A stretch of DNA of 63,412 nt, counting the filler, from Chiloscyllium plagiosum (Eukaryota), in the NCBI RefSeq assembly GCF_004010195.1. It is 4 parts of one record of this genome, joined end to end, with 100 filler letters (N's around TTAATTAATTAA, not from the genome) between each part and the next. Parts side by side here need not be neighbours in the genome. Positions count along the whole stretch, not along the records: positions 40,939 to 58,114 come from NC_057713.1; positions 58,215 to 63,412 come from NC_057713.1; 2 more parts are not named here. The stretch is one strand, 5' to 3'. The position numbers and the translations under genes were made by a program. Under the pieces are notes generated by a model. The model did no database searches, was not told where the DNA came from, and was given only the letters and a program-made list of their open reading frames with translations. Shown one piece after another: positions 50,396-63,412 of the stretch (the stretch's first letter is position 1; each line of letters opens with the position of its first letter).

Positions 50396-51611
50396 AAAAA
50401 TATTGTATGATGTGTTTGGTTCTGGAAAAGTTAATGCTGTGAAATGCATTGTGTTACACCTACTATGTTGATGTCATAAGGGTTGGGGTGAGGAGAGTGG
50501 CTCTGGGCGTCAAAGGAAATAGACCGACTGCCTGGGTCTCCTCACTGTCTCCATAATGTAATCTATTAGGCAAACATAGCTGGTATCTGATTGTTATCAT
50601 ACAACAAACTACATCTTGTTTAAGACATGGTCCTCTTCTTGTTAAACTACTTCATGGATTTTCTCCGTTACACTAGACAAAGCAGATCCTGCAGGTCCCA
50701 ATCTAAAAGGCGGATGATGGCAGTGAATTGAATTTCTGATGACCAACAGTCCAGCTAGCTTATACAACATAATGAACAGTGGTGAGGATTCATTATACAA
50801 CAGGTATGCAGGCTAGTTTCTCATTCGTACAGCATGTACAATCCTGGCAGCAAAGCTAATGGTCGCAGAGTGCCCCTGATAATTAAAGTTTTGAATTGCA
50901 TGTAAATTTATGTAAATAATTCAGCCTTAATTTTCTGTGTTATTTTTTCAGAAAATCTGCTGTCAACTTCAGGAAAGCATGTTCTGGCTTTGGGAGTTAA
51001 AATTTCTAAAGGCACAATTTAATGTTCACTTGCTGTATTTTTAGTAATTAATCATTTTTATTGACTCTTAGTTTTCAGTTTTAACTCTTCCTACCCCCCA
51101 CCCCCCACCCCTTTGCTTTTCCACCACAGTTTTGCTGGAGCTGCAATTTTGCATGCAACAATAAAAATGAGAGTGCCTCGGGATAATTTTGCTATAGTCA
51201 AGAGATTTGAAGGAGGCAGTGGAGTTAGTGAGGACAAATTGTTGCAGATATAGATTTCTGTTTGCAGTGATCTTATCCCTGGAGCTGCAATATACCTGCA
51301 CAGAGTTATTGGCTCTGAAGCGCTGCTTTCTTTGCCTGGGTTGTTCTCATGGAGTCTATAACTACTCATTGTAGGCAATTTATATTGGAAGTCATATTCT
51401 GGGAAAATGAAACATTCAGGAGATACACAGTTTATGCTTATTATATTTCACTATTTCAAAATACTAGTGACATGCAACTCTGGTCAGAAATATAGATAGG
51501 ACTTTTCTGTTTCGTTTAATTGTCAGCTAAGGGCTTTTTCTGTTAGTATAACATGAAAATTATAATATAAATATGAATTATGCACTGTATTCATAACTTT
51601 TTAATATCAAT

Positions 51612-52270
51612 AAGCAGATAAGGGACATGCTGTGCTCGACCTAGTTCTGGGGAACAAAACATTTGAGATGACAGTGGGGGTGCATTTTAGTGAGAGTGAC
51701 CACAACACTATACATTTTATGTTTGTTGTGGAAAAGGGGAGAAACGACTTGCTTAAGAGGATTTTGGTGTGGGCTAAGGCAGATTTTATTAAAATCGGAC
51801 AGGATCTAGCTAACATAAATTGAGGACAACTACTTGGAGCCAAATCTACAAGAGAACTGTTGTAGGCATTCAAAAAAGGTTCTGGGAGAGTACTGGCCCA
51901 ACATATTCCTTTTAGAGTGAAATGTAGGAGCAACAAGCCCAGAGAAACCTGGATGTCTTGGAACATCTAGGAGTGGATGAAAAGGAAATGAGAGCCAAAG
52001 GGAGCAAAATGGAAGCCCCTGAGAAGGATAGAAACTGCAGGGGGGCTTAGGAAATCCATTCAGAAAGCAAAGAAAAGTTATGAGAAACTCCTGGAAGGCA
52101 AAATTTGGGAGAATTCCAAAAGTTATCAAAGGGTAGAGAATATTCAGGGAGACAGTAGGGACCATGAGGGTCTAAGGAGGAAATGTGCAGAGCTGGAGAC
52201 ATCGTCAGGGTGTTACATAAATGCTTCACATCTGTCTTTATTTAGGAGGAAGACCATAAAAGTGAAGAAT
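51612..52270 (+). mobile_element. Decayed CR1 ORF2 (end of APE)
   Basis: AVLDLVLGN..HFSESDHNTIHF..WAKADF. Confidence 0.75.
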
Positions 52271-52294
52271 TCAAGAAAATTCACCTCAATTATC

Positions 52295-53895
52295 TCTTTC
52301 CAGTGGTAGCCTTCTTTGACCTCACAAAAGCCATTGACTCTGTCAAGTGAGGTGACTTCAAAGCCTTCTCCTCAAATTTGGCAGAAGGACAAATTCATCA
52401 CCATCCTCTGCCTGCTACACAATGGCTTGCAAGCTGTGATCCTCATCATCAGATCCATCACAGCCTCAATGTGTGCAAACTGGGGTCAAGCAAGATTGTG
52501 TCATTGCACCACTGCTTTTCTCTGTCTTCCTTATCACAACACTCTATTCATGCCCATGAAGCTGTCCACTAGATGGAAATTAATCTACAGGACTTGCTGA
52601 AAGTGGTTCACCCTGCACTGTATCCAGTCTACCCCAACCGCGGTTGTTCAGATGATACTTTAGATTAGATTAGATTACTTACAGTGTGGAAACAGGCCCT
52701 TCGGCCCAACAAGTCCACACCGACCCAACGAAGTGCAACCTACCCAGACCCATTCCCCTACATTTACCCCTGCCCCTAACACTACGGGCAAGTTAGCATG
52801 GTCAATTCACCTAACCTGCACACTTTTGGACTGTGGGAGGAAACCGGAGCACCCAGAGGAAACCCACGCAGACACGGGGAGAATGTGCAAACACCACACA
52901 GTCAGTCGCCTGAGTCGGGACTACTTGTGTGCTTGTAAATTCTAAGGCTGAGCTCCAAACTATTACCAATGCATTCACAGAGGCTAGAGGGAGAATAGTC
53001 CTTAGGCTAAACATTGAAAGATAAAGGTCCTTCAGTCTGCCTCTATTGTGGCATTGCGCCCCTGACAACAAAAACCACAACAAGCTACTGGGCATTGTGG
53101 AGAAATTCCCACACTTTAGGATTTTCCTCTTAGAGGGGGCAGAGTTCGATGATGAAATTCAACGTGGCCTTCAGTGTGCTAAAACAGCCTCTGACAAGGT
53201 GTGAAACAAACTGTTTGATGACAAAGACCATAAACCCAGCACAAGCTTATAGTCTACAGGCACAAGCTTATAGTCTACAGGACAACAGCGTTCAGCTCTC
53301 CTGTAGGTATTGAAGACATTAACAATCTACCGATACCCCAAATGTCTTGGAAAATTACCATCAAGGATGCCTTCCCAAAATCCTAAAACACAACTTGCAG
53401 GGTAGATGCTTCAATATCGGTTTCCTCTCTCAGGTCAACATCAGCAGCATCAAGACACTGTTTGCGATCAAGCAATTATATTAAGTGGTGTCCATAGTCT
53501 GCCACATGCCTTGTACAAGACATCCAAAACAAACTCTTTAATCAGAGTTTTGTCATAGCAATCAGTTACCAGGAGGGCAGAGGAAGCACTTCAAGTATGT
53601 CTTGAAAGTCTCACTGTGGAAGTGCAATATCCAAACTGACTCAGGCCAAAATCAACAGACCAGAAAAGAAGTACCTGCAAAGATGCCAACTGTTTTGAGT
53701 GTCTGCAACCGGTCAAAATGTAGGCCAAGCACAGAATGTCAGAAAACCTGAATGTCCCACCTACCTGCTTCAGCAAACATCAGCTGCCTCACCTGTGGAA
53801 CGGTGTGTGGAACCAGTATTGGACTATTTATTGATCCACAAGACTGGAGTGGAAGAAAGTCACCTTCAATCCCAAGGTTCTGTCTAAGAAGAAAC
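52295..53895 (+). mobile_element. RTE-clade LINE, decayed, split by HE1 SINE
   Basis: AFFDLTKAIDSV, KFITILCLLHNG, TGVKQDCVIAP, ADD..AELQTITNAF, and an (AAG) tail. A 21-bp tandem duplication sits at 53239-53280. Confidence 0.8.
52661..52918 (-). mobile_element. HE1-like V-SINE inserted just after the RTE DD motif
   Basis: (TTAGA)n tail, V-domain, tactt duplication on both sides. Confidence 0.9.
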
Positions 53896-54139
53896 ACCTA
53901 GGAGGGAATTGCTGAAAAATCCAGCTTGTGTTGATCACATTTGTTATATGGCATACTGTGATGTTCCCCCATATGAGGAAGGAAATATTTCTGTGTATGA
54001 ATTGCAGTTTGTACTAATGTTTTAATGTTGTAATGTAAAGTTTATTGTTGTTTACTCTAAGCAATGAGATCTTGTACCTTTATTCCCCTGGCAAATCACT
54101 TGAATCTCACACTTTGTCAACATAAAAAAAAACTCAAAG

Positions 54140-55840
54140 AATCATTGAATGATGGTATCATACAGAACAGAAGAGATCCTTTGGCCCATTAAGCCTGCAC
54201 CAACAAAGTCTACTTGAAATCTACACCACCCCCATTTTTCTGCACTTGGCCCATAACGTTGAATGTTAAGATATTTCAAATGCTTGTGCACTTTTTATAG
54301 GTTGTGAGGTTTCCTGTTTCAAATACCCTCTCTGGCAGAGTCCCACCACTCTCTCGGTGAAAAAAATGTTTTTCTCATATCCCCTCTAAACCTCCTGCCT
54401 TTCACTGTAAAATTATACCATTTTATTATTGACTCTTCAATCAAGGGGAACAGCAGCTTCCTACCCATTTGGTCCATGCCCATCATGTTCTTATACAGGT
54501 GTCTGCTCAGCTTTCTTTGCTCAAAAGAAAACTAACTAAGCATATCCAGCCTCTTTTCATAGATAAACTGTTCCATCCCAGACAACATCTTGTGAATCTC
54601 CTCTGCATTCCATCAAATACAACCACAACAGCACAAAGAGTAAAACTGCACACAGTACTCCACTGTGCTTTAACTAAAGTTTTGTACAGCTCCCTGCTCT
54701 TATAATCTATGCTACGACTGGTAAAGTTAAGTGTCCTAATGCCTTCTGACTGCCTTATTAACCTGTTCTACCGCTACATGGATCAGAGGACAAGAACTCC
54801 AATATCATCTATTCCACTGAGCTTCCCAGTTCCTGCCATTGATTGAGTACTCCCTCATCTTGTTACTTTGTCCAAAGTGCCCTCACACTTTTCAGGGCTA
54901 AATTTCATCTGCCATTGATTTGCCCATCTGACCAAATTGTTTACATCCTGTTATAATCTAAAACTTTTTTCCTTACCATCAGCCACCCAGACAATCATAA
55001 CTCCCCCAATTTTTCTGGTATATCATTTATACTTAATAAACAATAAGGACCCAAACACTGGTCTCTATGGTATGCCACTGGACATTGGCTCCGACCACAC
55101 AGACTGTGTTCTATTACTACCCTCTATCCCCACCTCGCATGAAAATTTGTATCCAACTTGCCAAATAACCCTGGATCTTATGTGTTTTTAACTTCTGTAT
55201 CAGTTTCCCATATGAACCTTGTCAAAAGCTTTGCTGAAAGCCATATGAATTATATCAACTGTACTAACCTCATTTATGCACCTATTGTCTCTGTTAGGCG
55301 TCAATTCCCTCTGACAAAGCCATGTAGACTATCCCTGGTCAAACTTTGCCTCTTCAGGTGGAGATTAATTCTGTCTTTCAGAATTTTCTCAATAGCTTCC
55401 CTGCCACTGACGTGAGACTCATTGATCTATGGTTTATTTCTCCCACCCTTCTTGAAAGGCAGACCCACATTAGCTGTCTTCCAGTCCATTGGTACTTCCA
55501 CTGTGGCCAGAAAAGAATTAAAAATTTGAGCTAAAGCCCCTTGTAAATTCCTCCCTCACCTCCCAAAACAGCCTGGGATATCACTCATACAGAGCTGGGA
55601 ATTTGTCCACATTAAAGCCCACCAATACCTCCTCACTCCTTATGTCAAACTGCTCAACAACCTCACAGTCCCTTTCCCTAAATTCTGTACCACCATCCTC
55701 CTTCACCAAAGTGAAGACAGGCACGACGTACTTGTTTAGCACCTTACCAATGTCCTCCTGCTCCATGCACAGATTGCTCACCTGGTCCCGAATAGACTCC
55801 AAACTTCCCTTGGTTGTCTTCTTGTCTCTAATCATCCCAA
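54140..55840 (-). mobile_element. Decayed CR1 LINE
   Basis: EDIGKVLNKYVVPVFT plus downstream RT and tail similarity. Confidence 0.8.
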
Positions 55841-56654
55841 GCCAAATCATAACAACTTTGTTGCCTGGTGTGGGATCATAACAACTTTACAAGGAAGAGG
55901 GTAACTGGGAGTCTTTGTAATTCAACAATCAGAAATCAATTATATGTGTAGTGGTAAATGCTATGCTACAGGATATGTTAAGTTGCTGCAGCCAAATAAG
56001 CCAACATGTCTGTGCATAAATGCACCCATTAGATCACAGAAGCCTTGATTGATACAATTCAGTCCTACTTCACTTTGAAGCACCAGAACATAAGGTGATA
56101 AACAAGTGCTGACAACGGGTATTGGAATAGATAGATGCATGATGACCATTGTGGACATGATAAGTTGAAGGGCCTCTTGCCTTGCTATGTAACACTATGT
56201 CTTGCCCAATTGAAAAGAAGCGGCATAAGAAGCCTTAGTTTAACTCTGTTAAATAGGGTGGGTTTTGCTAAAGTTCAGGGCATCATTACTGCTGAGCATG
56301 TGGCCATCTAGGTTCTTAACATCAACCCAACTTTGGCATGAAACAAATGGAGCTTCATATATGTAAGATGTATGTGATCTTGGTATGAATGAACACACAT
56401 TAGTATCTGACACCCAATCATCAGTCATGATGTATTTTTGATGTTAGTCGTTGTATTACTTACTTGATGAAGGAAGCAGACCACCCAGTAAGAAAAATTA
56501 GTAAAGCAGCCAAATGAAAAACTCGAGTCTAATACGTCAGTTTACTTCAAAATGGAGGCAAATATACATAGTATGCTCATTTCCAAGTATTAATTTTGTT
56601 TGTATCTCTCGGTAGATGGCTGGCCATTCAGTGATTAAGAATACCCTGTTGATT

Positions 56655-57165
56655 ATAGAGTCATAGAGTTATGCTGCACAGAAACGGGCTCTTTGGTGCA
56701 ATTCATCCACGACATCCCAATCTGACTGAGTCCTATTTGCCAGCATTTGGCCCATATCCCTCTAAGCCCTTCCTATTCATATACCCATCCAGATGCCTTT
56801 TATATGTTGTAATTGTACCAGCCCCCACCACTTCCTCTGGCAGCTCATTTCCAAACAGGCACCACCCTGTGCGTGAAAAAGTTGCCTCTAATGTCCCTTT
56901 TAAATCTTTGCCCTCTCACCCTAAATCTATGGCCTCTAGTTTTGGATGCCCCTACCTTGGGAAAAAAGACCTTGCATATTCACCCTTTCCATGCCCCTCA
57001 TGATTTTATAAACCTCTACAAGGTCATGTGTCAGCCGCTGACGCTCCAGGAAAAATGCCTCAAACTATTCAGCCTCTCCCTATAGCTCAATTCTCTAATC
57101 CTGACAATATCCTCATAATTTTTTTTTGCATTCTTTTAAGTTTAACAACATCTTTCTAAAAGCAG
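56655..57165 (-). mobile_element. CR1 3' fragment
   Basis: (atagagtc)n tail, same family as 478-1375. Confidence 0.85.
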
Positions 57166-57844
57166 ATCGATCTCAAATTACTGCTGATACAGCCAAATGA
57201 AAGCAACCAAGGGCAGATCACTCCACCAAAATTCTTGTGTATTACCTATTCAGTAAAATACTAAATCAGTTATCTGAACTAATCCTCTCAAATACAAGCC
57301 GAGTTACCTTCCAGAACCTTCAATGGAATTTTGATTCCACCACTCTTTCAGGTTAGTGTTTCATATCTTAACAACCATCTATGTTAAAGCATTTCTCTTC
57401 TTGCTGTGTTTCAACTCTATGATCTCAAGTAAATGACATTCTTCCCAGAGAAAAGAATATTTGTCTAATTGCTCTATCAAAAGTCCTCATAATTTTGAAA
57501 ACCTGTTAATCCACTTTACTATTGAAAACATCCCAAACTCTTCAATCCTTCCATGCGACAGATGCTCTCCATCCAGTGCAGCAGCCTTAGTAAGCCTAGT
57601 AACTAACTCTTGACCTCCTTTCCAAAGAATGGTGCCCCAATTGCACATGATATTTCATTAAGGCCTTAGTAGAGATAGGCAATGGCTGAGCCTTTCAAGT
57701 CCCTACCTACAGAACCAATCATCCTGTATACTTTCATATCACCTTCTGAACTTGCACTTGCCATAGTCACTGTGGTTTTATAATATGCAAAGAAGCCCTT
57801 TGGCTCCTCATGTTCATGCTGGCCAATAAACCTTCATCTATTCT

Positions 57845-58377
57845 AGAGCTGAAAATGTGTTGCTGGAAAAGCGCAGTAGGTCAGGCAGCATCCAGGGAAC
57901 AGGAGAATCGACGTTTCGGGCATAAGCCCTTCTTCAGGAATGAGGAAAGTTTGGCCAGCAGGGTAAGATAAAAGGTAGGGAGGAGGGACTTGGGGGAGGG
58001 GCGTCGGAAATGCGATAGGTGGAAAGAGGTCAAGGTGAGGGTGATAGGTCAGACTGGGGTGGGGGCGGAGAGGTCAGGAAGAAGATTGCAGGTTAGGAAG
58101 GCGGTGCTGAGTTCNNNNNNNNNNNNNNNNNNNNNNNNNNNNNNNNNNNNNNNNNNNNTTAATTAATTAANNNNNNNNNNNNNNNNNNNNNNNNNNNNNN
58201 NNNNNNNNNNNNNNATAATGCACCTATGACTAGGGGCAATTTAGAACTTCCTGTAGAAGGGCTCATGCCCGAAACGTCGATTCTCCTGCTCCTTGGATGC
58301 TGCCTGACCTGCTGCGCTTTTCCAGCAATACATTTTCAGCTCTGATCTCCAGCATCTGCAGACCTCACTTTCTCCTT
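57845..58377. mobile_element. Two young Penelope tails in inverted orientation on either side of a gap
   Basis: Intact hammerhead core CTGAAGA-A-GGGC-ttat-GCCC-GAAACGTC on minus at 57910-57937. The plus copy at 58249-58377 reads CTGTAGA. Confidence 0.85.
58115..58214. other. Artificial gap spacer
   Basis: N44-TTAATTAATTAA-N44. Confidence 0.95.
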
Positions 58378-59224
58378 TGAACCTGTGTGCCCTGAACATT
58401 AGCTTAATTTCAGGATTAATGGTCTAGTGATAATTCTACTGGGCCAATGTCATACCTCTCCAGCAGTGCAATAGTGTGTCAGCTTGGATTGCTGCCCTGA
58501 AGTCACTGGAGTGGGGCCTGAGGCTGTGGCCTAGCTGACACTTGAGATGGTCAATATCAAGTTCTTGATGTGTTTATAATTGAAGAGGCAGACATGTTCT
58601 CTCTGGCCAGGAAGAATGTGAATGCCCTGTTTCCATGCAGTCTGCCACAGCTGTGAGGAAGAGAACGACCAAAAGCCATCCACGTTTGCTATTGAGATGG
58701 AAAGGTCACCTACATGACTGGAAAGGAGCTGGCAGTTAGATGTTAAATGCTTGACCAGGCAGGTGCTGTAATTCCAGGAGAGTGAAGTGTGGAACAGATC
58801 GTGGTTTGCCACAGGGCATCACTCTGCTATTTTCAGATCTTGTAATGCGACACTATCTGCCACTCGACACCTTTCACTGCTCTGTATCCATTCAATACAG
58901 TCCAGTCTCAGAGTCAGACTCAGATTCAGAATCAGCTGGCTGCAATCCTCTCTCACTGTTTCCTTCACACATACCCAGCACCTAAAGAAGCCTTTCTATT
59001 CTTAGCTGGCCAGCACAAAATCCTACCTTCCCTTCCTCAATGCTTTTCATTCAGGAGGTACAGTTAGAGTACGAATGCGACATAAATCAGATGAAGAAAG
59101 GAACATGTATTCTCAAAGAATTCTCAAATGAATTAAAGTGCAATAACTTTTGTTATGTATCAAATGTGCCAAATAGTTGAATGGCAAGATTTCACTAAAA
59201 TAGCAATTTTTAAAAGGTTGCCAG

Positions 59225-60000
59225 GATTTAGACATTGCTGAATGGGTCGGAATATGCTCCCTGTCTCTGTTTGCCCGTGAGAAGGTGGGGGTGAGCTGTC
59301 TTCTTGAATCACAGCAGTCCATATGCTGTAGGTTGACCCACAATGCCCTTAGGAAAGGAATTCCAGGATTTTGATCCAGTGACAGTGAAGGAACGTGATA
59401 TATTTCCAAGTCAGGAGTGACTTGGAGGGGAATTTAGAGATGGTCGTGTTCCCATGTATCTGCTGTCCTTGTCCTTCCGGATGGAAGTGGTTGTGAGGTT
59501 GGAAGGTGCTGTCTGAGGATAATTGGTGAGCTTCTGCACTGCATCGTGTAAACAGTATACACTTCTGCAACTGAGCGTCGGTGGTGGAGGGAGTGTATGT
59601 TTGTGGATGCGGTGCCACTCACGTGGCTGCTTAATCCTGGATGGTGTCAGGATGTGGGTGTCATGGTAAGGTTAGAGTGACAGCACTTCACATCAAGGCT
59701 GCATTTGACTGAGTTTGGCATCAAGGAGTCCTTGCACAACTGGAATCAATGGGTATCAGGGGCAAACTCTCCGCTGGTTGGAGTCAGACCTCGCACATAT
59801 GAAGATGGCTGTGGTTGTTGGAAATCAGTCACCTCACCTCCAGACATCTCTGCAGGAGTTCCTCAGGGTAATGTTAGGACCAACCATCTTCAGCTGCTTC
59901 ATCAATGACCTTCCCTCCATCATAAGGTCAGAAATGGGGATGTTCGTTGATGATTGCACAATGCTCAACACCATTCGCCAGTCCTCAGAAACTGAAGTAG
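59225..60000. mobile_element. Second-family CR1/L2 with inversion: 3' part on minus (59225-59650), RT part on plus (59660-60000)
   Basis: Both segments match different parts of the 22400-24290 copy, in opposite orientation. Confidence 0.75.
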
Positions 60001-60022
60001 CTGTCAGTCTTGCTGAGGGTTA

Positions 60023-60240
60023 CAAAGTTAAAAATCACACAACACCAGGTTATAGTCCAACAGGTTTAATTGGAAGCACACTAGCTTTCGGAGCGACGCT
60101 CCTTCATCACGTGACAATCACCTGGTGCAGGAGCGTCGCTCTGAAAGCTAGTGTGCTTCCAATTAAACCTGTTGGACTATAACCTGGTGTTGTGTGATTT
60201 TTAACTTTGTACACCCCAGTCCAACACCGGCATCTCCAAA
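60023..60240. mobile_element. Penelope fold-back with 19-bp TSD
   Basis: Arms of about 90 bp centred near 60116. tcagtcttgctgagggtta at 60004-60022 and 60241-60259. Confidence 0.9.
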
Positions 60241-60369
60241 TCAGTCTTGCTGAGGGTTAGCAGCACATTCAGTTTTAATTTCAGATTTCCAACATTCACA
60301 GTATTTTGCTTTTATCTGAACATTGGATTTCCAGTTTGAGTGTCTTAGCATGTGGCAACTTTACTCATT

Positions 60370-60700
60370 ATTATTTCACAGGTGCTGGTGTTGCTGGCTG
60401 GGTCAGCGTTTAGTGCTTATTTCTAATTGCCCACAGGGCAGTTAAGAGTCAACCACATTGCTGCGGATCTGGAGTCACATGTAGGCCAGACTGGGTGAGG
60501 ATTGCAGATTTTACTCTCTAAGGAACCAGATGAGTCTTTACAATAATCAATGATAGATTCATGATCATCATTAGCGTAGCTTTTCAAACCAGGGTTTCAC
60601 GGAATTCCAATTGCACTGTCGGCCATGGTAGGATTTAAAAGCATGTTCCTGTGGACGGTAACCTGGGGCTCTGGATTCTGAAGCTATGACATTCCATCAC
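60370..60700 (-). mobile_element. Old SINE sharing the 3' tail of the second CR1 family
   Basis: Tail resembles the reverse complement of 24240-24290, with a decayed tRNA-like head at the right. Confidence 0.5.
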
Positions 60701-62564
60701 CTCCTCCTGAAACCATGCAATGTATTTGGTCAGTGCTGGACATTTCACCTTTCCTAGCTTTTAGTTGGATGTTAAGTGAAGGTGGGCAGTGTTCCCACTC
60801 AAACCAACTCAAATGGCCTGGGTTCTCACTGGAATGATTAAGCAAACAGAGTGTGACTGTACCACTGTCTGGCAGAAGCTGGGGCAACAATATTTTAAAA
60901 CATCAGATGATATTGCTCTCTGTAGTGTTTTCACACATGACAACCCACTAAATAAATTCATGGAGATAGCATTTGTCTCCACTCTATTCCTGTTAGCAAA
61001 AAGAAAATGACCCTGACATCAGTGAGAGTGGTTCCTGACTGGAGTCAACGTGCAACTTCTTTTATCAGCTTTCCTGTCTGGAAGATATCCTGATGAGCCA
61101 GCTTGGACTGCAGGAGCATCCTTGAGAAGGCCCACATGCAGCTGCTGGACAGAGGCTGGGGAGGGGAAAATAGCAAGGGACAGGAATGTGATCCCTGATC
61201 CTAGGGAGGGAGTCTGACCTCTGACCCCAAGGATCCAATCTTGGTTGGTTGAGGTACACAGGAGAGGAGGCATTCAAGAGGGCGTGTATGGGATGGGGCA
61301 TACAGATGTACAGGAGGTCAAGTACTCACGGCACTGGGAGGTAAAGGAGTATGGGAGGGGGTATACAATAAAGAAGGGTGACAGGATGTATAGAAGGAGT
61401 GCTGAAATGAGGAGGAGAGTAACATAAAGGAGGATGGAGGCTTTGTGCACAGGAGAGTTAATGTACATGTAAGCAGCTTACTATTCACCCCTGGCAGGGT
61501 TAGTGTTTACTCAGTAGGACTGGAATCTAATTTCTAGTAAGTGCCTGAACTTCTCTGCATTTTTGTGGTTTGTGCAGTGTGGCAGTGCCTGAGTGTGGGA
61601 AAAAGAGAAACGTCAGCACAAAACTGAGCAGATTAAACTGTAAGAGGAGGTAGGGATTCCTCAGGAATGAAAGGTGCACTGTAGCAGCTAATAATGGGGT
61701 GTCCTGAAAGCACCCTCAGCAGGAAAGAGAAGGGGGGATAACCCTGGGTTGGGGAACAGGATTTTCCTCAACTACATTCAGAAATACTCTTTCTCAACAA
61801 GATTGTTGTATAAAACTCACTCCAAACCCCTGCTTGGTGCCTCTAACAGGCACTGTTAAAGCCTTGTGAGTAAATTAAGGATGTGAACCCCAAACTGCCA
61901 CTGCCCTGAACTCAATGGTTTCCACTATACATAACATGACAGTAAACTAAGCACCAACATTACAGTAATAAACACCCTCATACACTCGATGCTGAAACAA
62001 CCAACAATGTTGACAGCTGTAAACATTTGCTCTTCTCAATTCTCATCCTCCCATTCACCTCTCCTCCTTGTGCTCTAAGCAGCCCACATTTTATCCTTTC
62101 CAATATTTCATATCCAATGTACACTATTCTCTATAACATATCCTGCATGCACCGTTCCTTAGGATGGTGTGTGCATATTCGATATTCAACATACACAATG
62201 CATCTTTATAACTGAAAGGTAAGAGTACAACCACTGAGCCAAGCCTGACACCTACAGTGTACATAAGCTAACACATACTGTACCTTCTATTGCTTACTTA
62301 CCATTCAGAGAGATACTCAATTTTGTGGACTCATTAACATCAGCGACGCATCTACGCAGCAGGCTGTGTATCAGAGATACAGCCAATGCTCTAAATAACC
62401 GCCTCATCACACTGAGACTACCAATGGGATATACTATATGGAAGGTAACATTAAAGCTTTACTAATCAGGGTATAGAGTACAAAAGGAAGGAGGTGATGC
62501 TGAACTTGTAAAATACACATGTTGGACCTAAGCTGGAGTATCGTGCACTGTTGTGATGTCACAT

Positions 62565-63412
62565 TAGAACATAGAACATAGAACAGTACAGCACAGAGCA
62601 GGCCCTTCAGCCCATGATGTTGTGCCGACCACTGATCCTCATGTATGCACCCTCAAATTTCTGTGACCATATGCATGTCCAGTAGTCTCTTAAGTGTCCC
62701 CAATGACCCTGCCTCCACAACTGCTGCTGGCAACGCATTCCATGCTCTCACAACTCGCTGTGTAAAGAACCCGCCTCTGACATCCCCTCTATACTTTCCT
62801 CCAACCAGCTTAAAACTATGACCCCTCGTGTTAGTCATTTCTGCCCTGGGAATAGTCTCTGGCTATCGACTTGATCTATGCCTCTCATTATCTTGTATAC
62901 TTCAATTAGGTCCCCTCTCCTCCTCCTTTTCTCCAATGAAAAAAGTCCGAGCTCAGTCAACCTCTCTTCATAAGATAAGCCCTCCAGTCCAGGCAGCATC
63001 CTGGTAAACCTCCTCTGAACCCTCTCCAAAGCATCCACATCTTCCCTATAATAGGGCAACCAGAACTGGATGCAGTATTCCAATTGCAGTGTAACCAAAG
63101 TTTTATAGAGCTGCAACAAGATCTCACGACTCTTAAACTCAATCCCCCTGTTAATGAAAGCCAAACCACCATTTCCTTTCTTAACATCCCTGTCCACTTG
63201 GGTGGCCATTTTAAAGGATCTATGTACNNNNNNNNNNNNNNNNNNNNNNNNNNNNNNNNNNNNNNNNNNNNNNNNNNNNNNNNNNNNNNNNNNNNNNNNN
63301 NNNNNNNNNNNNNNNNNNNNNNNNTACCAGCACACCAAGATCCCTATGTTCCTTCACACTGCCAAGAATCCTATCCTTAATCCTGTACTCAGCTTTCAAA
63401 TTTGACCTTCCA
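62565..63412 (-). mobile_element. Young CR1 3' region (contains N gap 63228-63324)
   Basis: (atagaac)n tail, LLQLYKTLVTLQLEYCIQFW..TRGHSFKL. Confidence 0.92.

Noticed and set aside
51273..51378. Possible terminal exon of COLEC12, the upstream neighbour of THOC1 in human
   Set aside because: Only a few codons and a weak acceptor. No C-type lectin exons found in the window.
61019..61301. Coding exon
   Set aside because: At most a heavily decayed Harbinger-like piece (LTPVRN). No convincing homology or splice context.
1..63412. CRISPR array or prokaryotic operon
   Set aside because: No regularly spaced repeats or gene-dense segment. All content is consistent with a vertebrate nuclear genome.

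Overview
Repeat-rich vertebrate genomic DNA, almost certainly a shark: it carries HE1/V-SINEs, HER1-like CR1 LINEs and a Deu-domain SINE. The only host gene I recognise is THOC1 on the minus strand, with coding exons 1-4 at 11136-11089, 5731-5658, 5542-5482 and 1837-1771 and a small CpG/ETS/YY1 promoter at about 11140-11210. The gene continues past the left edge. The remaining ~52 kb upstream is intergenic and filled with CR1, Penelope (many as fold-back copies carrying minimal hammerhead-ribozyme cores), Rex1, RTE, L1, Harbinger relics, a solo LTR and SINEs. Main observations: (1) a lone 5S rDNA unit between two near-identical CR1 3' ends, consistent with retrotransposition of an array unit through the CR1 tail; (2) a candidate 74-nt poison exon in THOC1 intron 3 with both splice sites inside hairpins; (3) a Penelope hairpin insertion stitched with sequence copied from nearby DNA; (4) a sense-oriented hammerhead core in THOC1 intron 3; (5) a young 5'-only L1 with an open ORF1. 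Three gaps are artificial N44-TTAATTAATTAA-N44 spacers. All calls are by eye, and repeat boundaries are approximate.
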